A stretch of 63,330 nucleotides of DNA, filler included, from Dirinaria sp. TL-2023a (taxonomy: Eukaryota): NCBI GenBank assembly GCA_051941275.1. It is 34 parts of 34 records of this genome, joined end to end, with 100 filler letters (N's around TTAATTAATTAA, not from the genome) between each part and the next. Parts side by side here need not be neighbours in the genome. Positions count along the whole stretch, not along the records: positions 11,401 to 13,191 come from JAVEBF010002536.1; positions 13,292 to 15,081 come from JAVEBF010002537.1; positions 15,182 to 16,971 come from JAVEBF010002538.1; positions 17,072 to 18,859 come from JAVEBF010002539.1; positions 18,960 to 20,735 come from JAVEBF010002540.1; positions 20,836 to 22,610 come from JAVEBF010002541.1; positions 22,711 to 24,481 come from JAVEBF010002542.1; 27 more parts are not named here. One strand, 5' to 3'. The translations under genes were made by a program, and so were the position numbers. Shown piece after piece: positions 12,146-23,830 of this stretch. Each line of letters starts with the position of its first letter. Position 1 is the first letter of the stretch. The notes below the pieces were generated by a model. It was not told the DNA's origin, did no database searches, and worked only from the letters and a program-made list of their open reading frames with translations.

Positions 12146-13291
12146 TTTTGGGGCTTATTGCGGAGGAGAAGGAGAAGGAGGTGGTGATGCTGCTGTTTGG
12201 GGGTCAATTGGAGGTTTTTGGAGGTGGAGAGTAGTATGTGCGATACGGTAGAGCGAGTGGGTTGGTGGTATATATCCCCACCAAGATCCATAGTGCCCAG
12301 CGCCCGAGAGGCCCTCAATATCGAACCGGGTTTAGGATTGCGCCGCCGGCGCCGCGCGGTTCAGTGGTGTTTGCTGTATCCGTTGTCGTCGGTGATCACG
12401 AATCGGCGGCTCGGATGAATTCTTAGCTTCGATGACTAAAATCGGCGATATTTCGTGGTTCATGCGGCCGTAGCCCGTGACGCCAGAGGCGCTGCTAGGC
12501 GGATGACTAATAGACTCGTCAGCTAAGGTAGTTCTCAACGACAGCTCACGCAGATGCAGATCAGAATCCGATTGCAATATTGAAAAAGATTATCTCCGCC
12601 ACCCGACATTCAGAGAAATTCGAATATCCACAATTCAAATTCTCTGAGCAAGGCCGATACCCCTTTACTGCAATACCTGCCTGCTATATTACAGATCCAC
12701 ACCTACTAACATCCTTCACCTCGCTGTATTGTACATCTTGCCTGTCCTTTCATTTTTTTTTTTTTTTCTTCTTTTTTTAAAAACTCAGTACTCTGCTCTG
12801 CTCGCTCCTTGTTCTTCTTCCGTGTCGTGACATTATTGATGGATTTGGGCTTCCACTCTAGCTCTCCCATTCCATCGCGCTACAAAATTGAATGTCAAAG
12901 AACATGCTCAAGAGGAGAGTAGTATGTGTATTCGATATCAACGATTGAGAAACAAATCTTTCGCATCGTAAATCATTCAAGCTCCAACTGCACTCAGCGA
13001 AAACCAATTATTAATCAAATGCGTTCAATTTACCATGAGCATTACTCGGAAATCGAAATTATGCAAAGAGGGGAGGGAAGGAATCAGTCCACGCTCTCCA
13101 GTATATACCTCATCAAGAGCTGTTCCAGCAGAGAGGGAAAGTGGGGGGGGTGGGAAAAAAACATATATCCTCGATGAAAAGAAGTCCACTCNNNNNNNNN
13201 NNNNNNNNNNNNNNNNNNNNNNNNNNNNNNNNNNNTTAATTAATTAANNNNNNNNNNNNNNNNNNNNNNNNNNNNNNNNNNNNNNNNNNNN

Positions 13292-14751
13292 AGTTGATCT
13301 CAAGCGTCTTGCTGCAATTGCTTCTTAGTGACTTCAAATATGATGACATAGTTGACTTGGCGGTATTTCTGTCGAAGCTGACGTTCTTCGTCTTGGCTGA
13401 GTGCGTTAATCAGCTTATTCTTGAATTCTTTCATGATCTCTTTCTTCAGGTGCTTGATGATATCTGATTCGCATTTGACATATCTGCAGAGATGCTCTTT
13501 CAGCATTTTGAAAACAATGAAGACGAGGAGAGATGATTCTTTGTGAGAAGTTGAGGTTGCTTTGCTTGAGTCAGGTGGTGCTTCAATGATATCGACTTCC
13601 GTGACTTTAACGGGGCCTGAGCTCAGAAGTTTCAAGAAAAATCTTGCTATTCTCACTGCTACTGTTTTCTTCTTCATAATCGTTTGTGTCAAGTTGAATA
13701 TGACTATCTCTGTCTGCATCAGCTCGCGTCGTATTGCTTCTTCTGTAAGTGTGAGAGAGTCGATAAGAAGTCGTATCTGTCGACGATGTTCTTCGTCGAT
13801 TATCTGAGGTTTCGAAATTGTCATCAAAGCACTGATGATCGTGCTTCTTTCAACTGTCACTTTTGATTCGAGATCTTTTGTGGTTTTCAGGACAGTGTTA
13901 GCTCTATCAACCAAATTTGTAAGGAATTCTTTTATCTGTAACTTGTAGTATCCCTTTTTCTGATGAGGCTGATATCTTAATTGATTTGCTTCATCTAGTA
14001 ATTGTGGAAAGAGCTGCTGCTTCAAGCTCAAAGAGAGATCCTCAATTGTAGTCAAGTTCATGAAATGTGCTTCGTCGCTGAAGATAGAAATTTGTCGAAG
14101 TTTCTTTCTCATAGTGTTTCAAAAGATTTTTTGTGATAATTTGTCGTCCTTATCAAGTGTGATTTCGTAGATCTTTTCATCATCAGTGTTGATTATGTGA
14201 GATAGTGAAAGATGAAAAAAATCGACTTTCTTTTGTTTAAGATGAGACGTTGCGTAAATATAATTGAGTGTTGTTTCTGATTGAAAGTTCAACGATAGAC
14301 TTCTCTTGATCTCGCTTGACTTCTGCTTTTTTCTGAAAATTTTTGTAGATTTTTCTAGAGCGATTTCAGCTCTTCTTTTATTTTTGCTTGCAGTTGTTTC
14401 TGAGATGATCTTCTTCTTTGAAACACTGCTCTCTTTTTTGCTTCTCTCGCTTGCTTGCTCTTCTAACTTTTCGATCATAACTTTCTTTGAATTCTTTGCA
14501 GAAGTGATTGCTTCAACTGTAGAGATTGAGAATCTCGAAACAGTCTGACGATTTGATGCTTTGCTTTTCTCTTTTGCTTTTTCAGTAATTGACATCATGA
14601 GTGCTTCGAGTGTCTTGAAGAATTGAGAGATTGTCATCGCTGCAAAATTACTGTCTTCGTTTTCGATCGTCTCATCGATGCTTGAATCTGTTTTCATCTG
14701 AGCATTCAACAATGATGTGTAAATGAACTGCGATCTCTCGTCTGAAGACAT
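13292..14751 (-). pseudogene. Hypermutated long ORF of unknown function, probably from a mobile element
   Basis: ORFs 14119-14751 and 13300-14112 are in frame, separated by a single TGA (KIF*NTMRK). Gly, Pro and Trp are depleted except in patches. Confidence 0.6.
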
Positions 14752-15081
14752 GATTGTTCAAAAGTGAGTAATAAAGTGAGATTTTCGATTAAAATAAGTG
14801 AGTTTTGAGATGATTTTCTTCAACAAATTTGATGTAGTTGTTCTCACTAAAAAAGTGAGATATTAAGTGACTTCAATCTCACTAAACAAGTGAGACATTC
14901 AGTGTCTTTATCTCACTCTTTTAGTGAGGACAATTACATCAAATTTGTTGAAGAAGATCATTTCAAAACTCACTTGTTTTCATCGAAAACTTTACTTTAT
15001 TACTCACTTTTGAATAATCATGTCTTCAGACGAGAGATCGCAGTTCATTAACACATCATTGTTGAATGCTCAGATGAAAGC
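14690..15081. repeat. Imperfect inverted repeat centred at ~14886 with three CTCACT-N5-AGTGAG palindromes
   Basis: Both arms encode a divergent MSSDERSQFI start (ATG at 14751 minus, 15020 plus). Palindromes at 14843-14859, 14878-14894 and 14912-14928. Confidence 0.9.
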
Positions 15082-15181
15082 NNNNNNNNNNNNNNNNNNN
15101 NNNNNNNNNNNNNNNNNNNNNNNNNTTAATTAATTAANNNNNNNNNNNNNNNNNNNNNNNNNNNNNNNNNNNNNNNNNNNN

Positions 15182-16550
15182 ACGATGATGTTTTTGATAT
15201 CTCGTTCTCGTCATCGTTTTTTTCAGCATCTCGTTTCTACGCGTTTACATCGTCGACTTCAGTCTTTTTTAAATTCTTTTCTCAAACATCGTCGCTCAGC
15301 GAAATTGTTTCTGAAATCACGAATGAGAACATCGCGATATTCTCATCACTACACATTGCGCTGAGTTTATACTTTGAGAGATGCGAAGAATCGAGATCGA
15401 AATACGTTAAATTACAAGAGATCTTCGAATTGTTTTTGCAGAAAAGACGACAGACACAATTCTTCGCTCACTCTAAAGAGTCGAAAATGAATAACATAAA
15501 AACGTTTTCTTTGAAGCTGAACACTCTGAAACGTCAGATACGTCGTCACATATCTCTGCTTCAGTTGATGCGAAAGATTTTATCGATCACGATTGAGAAA
15601 CAGCTCTCTTTAGTCGCTCGAAAGAAGAGTGATCGACGACAGATTTTGAATCGATTTTTCTGACAATATTGATATGACTCTATGAATTTAATACGCACGA
15701 TTCTATCGATCATCAAATTACAAAAAAAGATACATTTCGAAATGACAATATACGTGAATCAATTTATCAAACTCTGACATTCGAGTATCTGAGATTTCTT
15801 CATTCGTATCATTTTCGAAAACGTATGCTATACTCGACAAAAGAAACTGATTGTTTTCGAGAATATTGTTCACGTCAGTACTAATTCTTTTAATTCTCAA
15901 ATTTATATCATAAGAAGAGTTACATTTATCGATCGAGATCATCGTCACGAGACGAATTCGATGAATGAGATTGTTATCACTGTTCAGACAGTAGTTGATG
16001 ATGAACACGCGATTTTTCGAAATCGCAATTTTATTCATGAATTTAACGAGCTCTTTGTGCTGAAAAACGTTCTTATAAAACTCTCTTTTTATGAATTGAA
16101 TCGTCGTTTTTATGTTTATTTTGATCGCAAATACAACGATGATGATACTGATGACGAGAATCACGAAGATCTCTTTGTTAAAAGAGTGATAAATTTCTCA
16201 GAAATCAAATCACTGCGTCAATTGCATTTTATCAGAGAAAAGCTGAAGATTGAGTGTTTTGATCGTCGTCACGTTGAAAAATTCTTTATTAAATCTCATA
16301 AATCGTTGTCGTATTTTTTATTTATCGACGATTTTGCGATACATCGTAATATGTATCGAGTCTTAAAGATCTTTTACTTAATTTCAGTCTGTTTGAGTTT
16401 TGAAAAACGACGCAAGATCGTTAACGTATTCACGTTGACGTTGAGATCGCATGAAACTGATATTCAAATCGTGATGAAAGTTTTTATCAAATCTATTCGA
16501 CAATTGAATCGCGACGTTGATGAGATGATCATTAATGAAAAGACGCTCGC
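15182..16550 (+). pseudogene. Hypermutated putative DNA-transposase remnant (CACTA/CMC-like)
   Basis: LSYFLFIDDFAIHRNMYRVLKIFYLISVCLSFEKRRKIVNVFTLTLRSH back-mutates towards LFIDGF...YLIP..LP.E.R....F.LTLGPH, resembling the first catalytic-Asp region of CACTA-type transposases. Interrupted by an LTR at 16551. Confidence 0.5.
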
Positions 16551-16971
16551 TGTTACGACCCTGGAACACCTAAGTAGTAAGATAGGCATCAAGTCCCTTG
16601 ACTTGGTTTAGTTAGTCTTTTGGCGCTGCCGGGACTTTTATCATTGGGAAACCTATCTAATCAAGGTTGGGTCTTTAACATTAAGTCAAGTCAACCCGGT
16701 CGCAAAGTTCTGAGTTCGATTCCGCTCGAACGCTTGAAGGGTTGTTTCGGCGAGGACTTGTGGCTGAGAGCTTGTCTAAGCTCGGGGCGACTACTTAACC
16801 TTTTCACTTAAGGCGAACCTTCTACCCACACTCTGAGTGCTGAGCTTCGGGACGAAGCTCAGAAAGGGACCCGGGTAGTGGTACGACCCTGGAACACCGA
16901 AGTAGTAAGATAGACACCAAGTCCCTTGACTTGGTTTAGTTAGTCTTTTGGCGCTGCCGGGACTTTTACCA
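16551..16971 (+). mobile_element. Miniature LTR element (TRIM-like), LTR family C
   Basis: 130-nt LTR TGTTA...TAACA (16551-16680), 198-nt non-coding interior ending AGAAAGGGACCCGGGTAG, second LTR from 16879 to the contig end. Confidence 0.8.
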
Positions 16972-17287
16972 NNNNNNNNNNNNNNNNNNNNNNNNNNNNN
17001 NNNNNNNNNNNNNNNTTAATTAATTAANNNNNNNNNNNNNNNNNNNNNNNNNNNNNNNNNNNNNNNNNNNNATTTTTAGTGCTTAGAGGCATCTGCTGCT
17101 CTTTTGGAAATAGCATGCTTACGAGACTCGAAGGAACTCCCAAGGATGGCACAAATGCCAAGAGATGAAGGGCCGCAAATCCTAAGATCTCGCACCTGGA
17201 TTAGGAGAAGGAACTGATCCTTATTAGAGAAGGTAGTTTATGCAATACAAATTTGGTGGGGAAAATTGGTCTAGCCCATGGTGTTGC

Positions 17288-18859
17288 CTATCCACCATAC
17301 CGTATCGTAAGGACAGCTATGCAAGCCATTAACAATAGAGATCCACTCGCAGATATGGTATTCGCAAAACCCGTGAAAGGCCGCGGCGCTCCTGCCGTCC
17401 CGACCACTGTGCCGTTCAAATCCTGCTTGATCAGATCGGCAGCTTTCTCTGCGATCGCGTAGGTCAAGCTGACTGTATTGCCCCTGACATGCAAGGGAAC
17501 GATACTTGCATCCACCACTCTCACGTTTTTCGTTCCATAAACCCTGAGTCTAGGATCGACTACACCACCTTGGTCCCGGGGCATCATAGCGCAACTACCG
17601 ACAACGTGCCACCCTGTTATAAATCCGGCGTTGATCAGCTTCCTCACGGTCGAGTCATTGAGCTCCTTAAGCGGCGGAACGAGAACAGTACCGTTTCCTT
17701 GAAGGTGATGTGACATTGGCGGCGTGGTTGAAATGTTGAGAGAGAAAAATTGCAAGTCTTTGAGAACTTCAAAGTCGAGGGGGTGGGAGAGATAGCGCGG
17801 ATCAAATTTTGGATCATCGGCCGCGTCCTTTGATTTGATGTGGATGTAGCCGCGGGAGAATGGGTGGGCAACAAAGCCACCGATGAAAGCACGTTTGTTC
17901 TCTTCCCTCGGTTTTGGCTTGCCTCCATTGCCAGCTGTACCACTGGTCTGGACCGCCTGCTCATTTGGATCTAGCAGCTTCTTGGCTGTAAGATCGAGTT
18001 GAGCTTTCAGGCCGGGGCGACCTTCAGAGCCATTGTAGAGTTTTGCAACCATCTCAGATGGTCGGTTCTTCTTCTCAGGCCCGAGTATTTGGGACCATGA
18101 CAGTTGGGCTGTTTGGCTTATCCCACCCGCAAGTATGCCAGTGTGGTTTTGGTCGTATACTTTTGTCCAATAAGCATTCCGTTCTGGGTCATATAACTCG
18201 TCAAATGTGAGTTCGCCGGTATTCGGCACGAACGGTACACCACACTGTGGGTGGTCCTGGAAGTTCTCTCCGACATTGGGATTATCTATCAGTGTCTTCA
18301 TTCCAAACGAGTTGAGCAACTCAGCACCACCAATGCCAGATAACTCTAGCATTTGGGGGGACTTCATTGTGCCGCCGGAGACGATAACCTCCTTGGTGGA
18401 TTTAGCTATATAGCTCTTACCATCTACACTGAAGTTCAAGCCCGTCGCAACCAGCTCCCCAGAACTGTTGCTCGAGAACACGACGTTCTGAACGACAGCT
18501 TTGGTAATAGTGTGAAGATTCGGCCTCTGCGCAAACGGCTTCCAGTATGAATTCCCTGCGAAACTTCGTTGCGCCTTGCCGATGGTCATGACCATTGGAT
18601 TGGTGTACCCACCTAATGATACACCATCTCTCGGATCACCATTGGGCGCCAGCCCGAGGTTTGCAAGTGTTGGAGCCCAAGCTTGCTGGACGGGAGTATA
18701 GAAAGGTGACAACGATGCATTGATAGGACCTCCATGCCCATGCACGGCCTCGTTAATGTATGCAGTGTTGATGCCAAGACGCTCGATCGATGGGCCGGGG
18801 GCCTGGAAATTCTCAAACTTCCTGTAATAAGGCGCCATAGACTCATAGTTCCAGCCGGT
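17288..18859 (-). CDS. GMC oxidoreductase (AA3-like), 5'-truncated, with hydrophobic C-terminal tail
   Basis: KEVIVSGGTMKSPQMLELSGIG, NPNVGENFQDH, HPFSRGYIHI, WHVVGSCAMMP, GGVVDPRLRVYGTKNVRVVDAS, GNT...YAIAEKAADLI. Confidence 0.95.
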   Translation of the reverse strand, partial: TGWNYESMAPYYRKFENFQAPGPSIERLGINTAYINEAVHGHGGPINASLSPFYTPVQQAWAPTLANLGLAPNGDPRDGVSLGGYTNPMVMTIGKAQRSFAGNSYWKPFAQRPNLHTITKAVVQNVVFSSNSSGELVATGLNFSVDGKSYIAKSTKEVIVSGGTMKSPQMLELSGIGGAELLNSFGMKTLIDNPNVGENFQDHPQCGVPFVPNTGELTFDELYDPERNAYWTKVYDQNHTGILAGGISQTAQLSWSQILGPEKKNRPSEMVAKLYNGSEGRPGLKAQLDLTAKKLLDPNEQAVQTSGTAGNGGKPKPREENKRAFIGGFVAHPFSRGYIHIKSKDAADDPKFDPRYLSHPLDFEVLKDLQFFSLNISTTPPMSHHLQGNGTVLVPPLKELNDSTVRKLINAGFITGWHVVGSCAMMPRDQGGVVDPRLRVYGTKNVRVVDASIVPLHVRGNTVSLTYAIAEKAADLIKQDLNGTVVGTAGAPRPFTGFANTISASGSLLLMACIAVLTIRYGG

Positions 18860-18959
18860 NNNNNNNNNNNNNNNNNNNNNNNNNNNNNNNNNNNNNNNNN
18901 NNNTTAATTAATTAANNNNNNNNNNNNNNNNNNNNNNNNNNNNNNNNNNNNNNNNNNNN

Positions 18960-19750
18960 TGAAACCTTGATTGGGTTAGTGTGATGTCTTGCAGCTCTTC
19001 CTTTTTGACTGACAATCGAATTTAGCTTGATCTGGGACTGTGGTTTTGGGTTGGAAAGTATTGTTTGTTTGATTATAATCCGACAGAGATCTAAGTGAAA
19101 TCTTGATTGAGGTTAGTGTCATGGATGTTTTGCAGTGCTGTTCTTTTCGACTGACAATCGAATTTAGTTTGATCTGAGACTGTGATTTTGGATTGAAAGT
19201 ATTATTTTCTTGATTACAACCCGACAGAGAGCTAAGTGAAACCTTGATTTGGTTAGTGTTGTAACTTGCAGCCGTTACTTTTGATTGACAATCGATTTTA
19301 GTTGATCTGAGACTGCGTTTTGGATTAAAAGTATTATTTTCTTGGTTATAAGCGGACAGAGATTTAAGTGAAACCTTGATTGGAGTTAGTGGTGTATCTT
19401 GCAGTGCTGTCCTTTCGGTTCCTTCTTGACTGACAATCTAGACTCTTGTGCTCATGTCGGTTTTACCCCAATGATGGCGATTATGAAGACTCTCACTGAG
19501 CAGAATGTCACTCAGCCCATCTCGTGGATCCATGGCACGAGGAACAGTAAAGTCCAAGCGTTATGGAAGGGCGTCTTGGATATAGCGGCACAGCACGTTT
19601 GAATCTGAAAATGATGATTTTTCCTGATTATTACATCTCGACAGAATCTCTCTATGTAACTTAGATTGGGTGAGTGTTATGTTTTACAGTCTTTTAGGTT
19701 CTTTTGATCTGGGACTGTCTTTTGACTCTGAAGGTATGGATTTTTTAATT
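18960..19750. repeat. Degenerate tandem repeat, unit about 135-140 nt
   Basis: Units start TGAAA(C/T)CTTGATT at 18960, 19096, 19237 and 19369, sharing GACAATCGA and TTGATCTG(G/A)GACTG. A more decayed unit follows after 19600. Confidence 0.85.
19447..19597 (+). pseudogene. About 50-codon fragment resembling the NAD-binding domain of flavohemoglobin / FNR-family reductases
   Basis: AHVGFTPMMAIMKTLTEQNVTQPISWIHGTRNSKVQAL resembles the AGVGxTPMxS...WxHGxRN pattern. No flanking gene sequence. Confidence 0.65.
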
Positions 19751-20106
19751 CCTGGTGAGGTCGGGGCCCAGGTTTCCTGTCTTCTGAAAACACACATACA
19801 CACTCGCAATTTGAGATATCCCCGCAACTTTTCCGAGGCTAAATCCTTTCATCTTCTGGATCCACTACTTTTGTCCTCTGATTTTATCCCGCACGAGAGT
19901 CTGGCGTCTCTACGCATTTCGTTCTGAGAATACATGGAATACATGGAATACCCTGCATGTGCGATTATAAGCTCATATTTCCAGGTTCTTTCATGGGCGT
20001 TTGACAAAAGCCTCTTTTTATCTTACACGAGGAAAGGACATATATTCTAAAAGATCGTTTTCAAAGAACGCTACTAACTGTGGTTACTATGTACATTTAC
20101 ATAATC

Positions 20107-20241
20107 TGTTACGACCCTAGAACACCAAGTAGTAAGATAGGCAACCAAGTCGCTGACTTGGTTTAGTTGGTCTTTTGGTAACGACCCTACCTGAGACTTT
20201 ATCCATGGGAAACCTATCTAACCAAGGTTAGATTCTTGACA
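20107..20241 (+). mobile_element. Diverged family-C LTR, probably solo
   Basis: TGTTACGACCCTAGAACACC...CTTGACA; flanks TAATC/TAAAC match at 4 of 5 positions. Confidence 0.75.
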
Positions 20242-22859
20242 TAAACTAGCTATTTGTAACCATTGGTATAACCATTCCGGATGGATCCCTTGATTTATCC
20301 ATTGCTTGTTCGTGTTGGAAGGACACCGATGTTTCGACTTCGACAATCAACAACTATACCTGACCGAATGAACGTGTTCTCGACTGACTAGGTAAGCTGT
20401 GCTGCCGCCTCACACAAATACCTGACATCCAAAAAGGAGAGTAAACAGTTCAGTCCAGTACAACATTTCTTTCAGAACGCCAGTCCTAACTTTAAACTCA
20501 TCAATGCAGTAGTGAACGAGGTACATTCTACTTATTTTCATCCACAAGAACTTTATATAATTATTAGTTCCACCCCTCGAAAGAGTGACATGTATAAAGA
20601 TCTCCAGTCAATCGCGAACTTCAATCGGTCTATTAATTCAAAGAAGAGATAATCGAAACAAAAGAAAAAAAAAAAGAAAAAAAAAAAAAACAGATTCTTT
20701 AGAATTTCAAGCTTGACAGACGAGAACTTGAGGAANNNNNNNNNNNNNNNNNNNNNNNNNNNNNNNNNNNNNNNNNNNNTTAATTAATTAANNNNNNNNN
20801 NNNNNNNNNNNNNNNNNNNNNNNNNNNNNNNNNNNTCTTTCTTTCTTTCTTTTTTTTTTCTTTTCTTTCTCACGATCGTACTAATGCGCGCTACTGGAGA
20901 GGGATCGCAATTTTCCGAGAAAATAAATGAATTCGGAATCGGAGTCTGTCTGTTCACGCAAGCAGCGATGAAAGTATGTAAAGTAGACCAATCGGTATTG
21001 ATGCTAAGTGGCTGGAATGCTGATTTGGCAGGTAACATGCGGAGCAATACTTTCTAACGCTCCTAGACCGGGTATTGAGCATTTAACTAGTCTGATAGGG
21101 TCTTTTATGTGTATCAGTGCAACGATCATGAAACTCGAAGTCAATCACTAAAACTTCATCCCTCTCAACCCCCCTCTGAACATCCCTTGTATGCCACACT
21201 TTAGTTCTGGACATTCGAAATCCACTATGAACGTGTGCAGTGCAAATCTGCGGATTTTGCAAGGTATGCGCAGGCAACTAATTGGGATGTATCCCCTTAA
21301 CCTACCTTACCTTAGCCAAGCCTTCCAGCGAAGATGAAGACAGGTCCTGCATATACATGCGTCGCAAGTAAATTTTTTTTTTTTTGCCCTCTCAAGCTTC
21401 GAAAAGAGAGATGAGAAAGTTAAAATTTCTCTCGAAGATATATAACCTGCTTACCGGGACGTAAAATCGACGCTATTAAATCTCAGTGCAGCAGAGATAC
21501 GACGAAAGAGCTCTGAAAGCAACAGAATACGGTTCTTGGATCTTTGAAATTGGGATTTAGATTTCAGATCCTCAGATTCGGAGGACAATTCGTGAGATGT
21601 GAATATAGTATCTATCTTACGAATTAGGGATAAGAAAGTCGGGGGAAGGGGGGGTCTATAGTACTATGAGCTATGTATGTTTAATCCTTTTTTTACTCTT
21701 TCTTGTCTGTTCGCCCGTAAATGCTTTGCCCCCTTTCCCTCCCTCCCTCTTTAGCCCATTATCATATCACATCGAACGAATCCCTTCACCTACCCCTCAA
21801 ACATACCATCTATCCATCCCTGTCCTATCCTATCAAACAATTCTTAATTCCTCAAATCATTACCATTCCTTGAATACAAAGCCCCATCCCATCAAAACTC
21901 AAACTGTTCTTACCTTTACCTTTATAAAAGCATTTTGATTCAGTCATGTACGGCAAGTCTAATTCAGATTCCACTTATCGGTGGGGGTTGGATAGATGTA
22001 TGTATGTGTTTTTATGGGTAGAATGGGGATGTGTGGAGTAGAATGCGTGTATTACAGGTGGGATGGAGATCCACTTTTCTTCTCCTTTTTTTCCTTGAAA
22101 ACTCGAGGTTAAGTTTAGATCGTACATATGTATCCATATGACTGCATCTACATACAATTTATAATTTATCGAATTAGATCTGATCTCAAACCCCCCTTCC
22201 CTTCCCACACACACAAAAAAAAAAAAGGATATTCCAACGCATGAGATGCCAAAAAACCCCCGCACTTTAGAGTTTTTCCTCGCGTATGCATAAGATATAT
22301 AAGGATTTGGTTGGTTTGTCATTTCCTGGGATGAAGAGATGGATTGATGGATTGAGTATTAGATTTTCTGAGATGGAATATCCCATCTTAGGACTTTGAG
22401 ATTTGGGGAAGAGAGGATTTTTGGCGGGGACGCGATAAAAATATTTAGAGACTGGGGTAGGAGTTGTAGGGGTTGAAAGACCGGAGAGAAGAGGAACTCC
22501 GTGTTGGGGGGTCCAAGAAGATTATACATTTTCGAATGGATGTAGGGGGAAGAGTGGGAGGGATTGCGAGGATGGCCCAGGCGGTTGAGTTGCAAAGGGC
22601 CTGGTGTTTGNNNNNNNNNNNNNNNNNNNNNNNNNNNNNNNNNNNNNNNNNNNNTTAATTAATTAANNNNNNNNNNNNNNNNNNNNNNNNNNNNNNNNNN
22701 NNNNNNNNNNCGCGCGTTCTCTCGATCTTAAAACAGAGATCTAAAATAAGTGTCTTTCAAAACAGAAGCTTCATCTCTGTCTGTCTCTTGAAGATGCAAC
22801 GGTCGCAAAGTGACGCTGCTCGTGCTTTGAATGGCAGGTTTGCAGTTTCGACCTCACTC

Positions 22860-23830
22860 TCTCCGGAAACGAAACGAGGAGCAGATTTTGCTGATTGAAG
22901 GAACGAGCGGGACTTCTTCGAGGCTATCATTTTTGACTGCTTTATTTGGCTTTGAAGCTTTGATGAGAAATGAAAAGAGAAGCAGTCTTTGCAGATTGAA
23001 GGAATGAGCGAGGCTTCTTCGAGACAATTAAAGAGAGATGTTATTGTTTCGTCATTTTTTGCTTCATTACCTGGCGTTGAAGCTTTGAAGTGTGATCTTT
23101 CAATGTGCAGAGACAAGGCTTCTTCGAGATTGCTCAGGAGAGAGATGGATGTCTCGCAGCTTCTTGCTCCTTGATTTGATGTTGAAGCTGTGAACGTGAC
23201 TCTAAGTGTACAACGGCGAGACTTCTTCGGAACTGCCCAAGAGAAATACTGAGGTTCGGCAATTTTCTTGGTTCTTTTTTGGCGTTGGAACTAGGAACTT
23301 TCCAAGCGCAATAATGACAATTCGAATTCTCTTGCTTCTTTGTTTAGCGTTGAAGCTTTGAATATGACTCTTGGAGACTTCTTCGAAACTGCACGAGAGA
23401 AATATAGACGTTCCACAATTTCTTGTTCTTTTGTTTGGCGTGGAAACTTTGAATATGACTCTCGATGTGTGCAAAGATAAGGCTGCTTAGAAATAGCTCA
23501 AGTGAGATATTGACGATTCGCATTTTCTTGCTTCTTTATTTAGCATTGAAACTTTGATCGAAAAGAGAACGAGCAGCTGATTTTCCGAATTGAAGAAATA
23601 GGCTAGGTGTTCCTTGGGGACCGCTTAAGCTGTGAAATATTGACGTTTCGTCATTTCTCGGTCCTTGGCTTGTAATTAAGATTTGATTGAAAATGAAACG
23701 AGAAGCTGACTCTGCAGATTGAACAACCGGCCAAGATTTTCTCGGAACTGCCCAAGATGAATGTTGACGTTCCGCCAATTTTTGCTTTTTGATTTGGCGT
23801 TGAAGCCTTAAAAGTGTCTCTTAACGTAGA
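22860..23830. repeat. Highly degenerate tandem repeat, unit about 105 nt
   Basis: Recurring (G/A)CTTCTTCG and GGCGTTGAAGCTTTGA blocks near 23011, 23116, 23219, 23375 and 23480. No continuous ORF. Confidence 0.7.

Noticed and set aside
20836..22610. Short ORFs and poly(A)/poly(T) runs in contig 12
   Set aside because: Low-complexity intergenic-type sequence with no recognisable protein or RNA gene.
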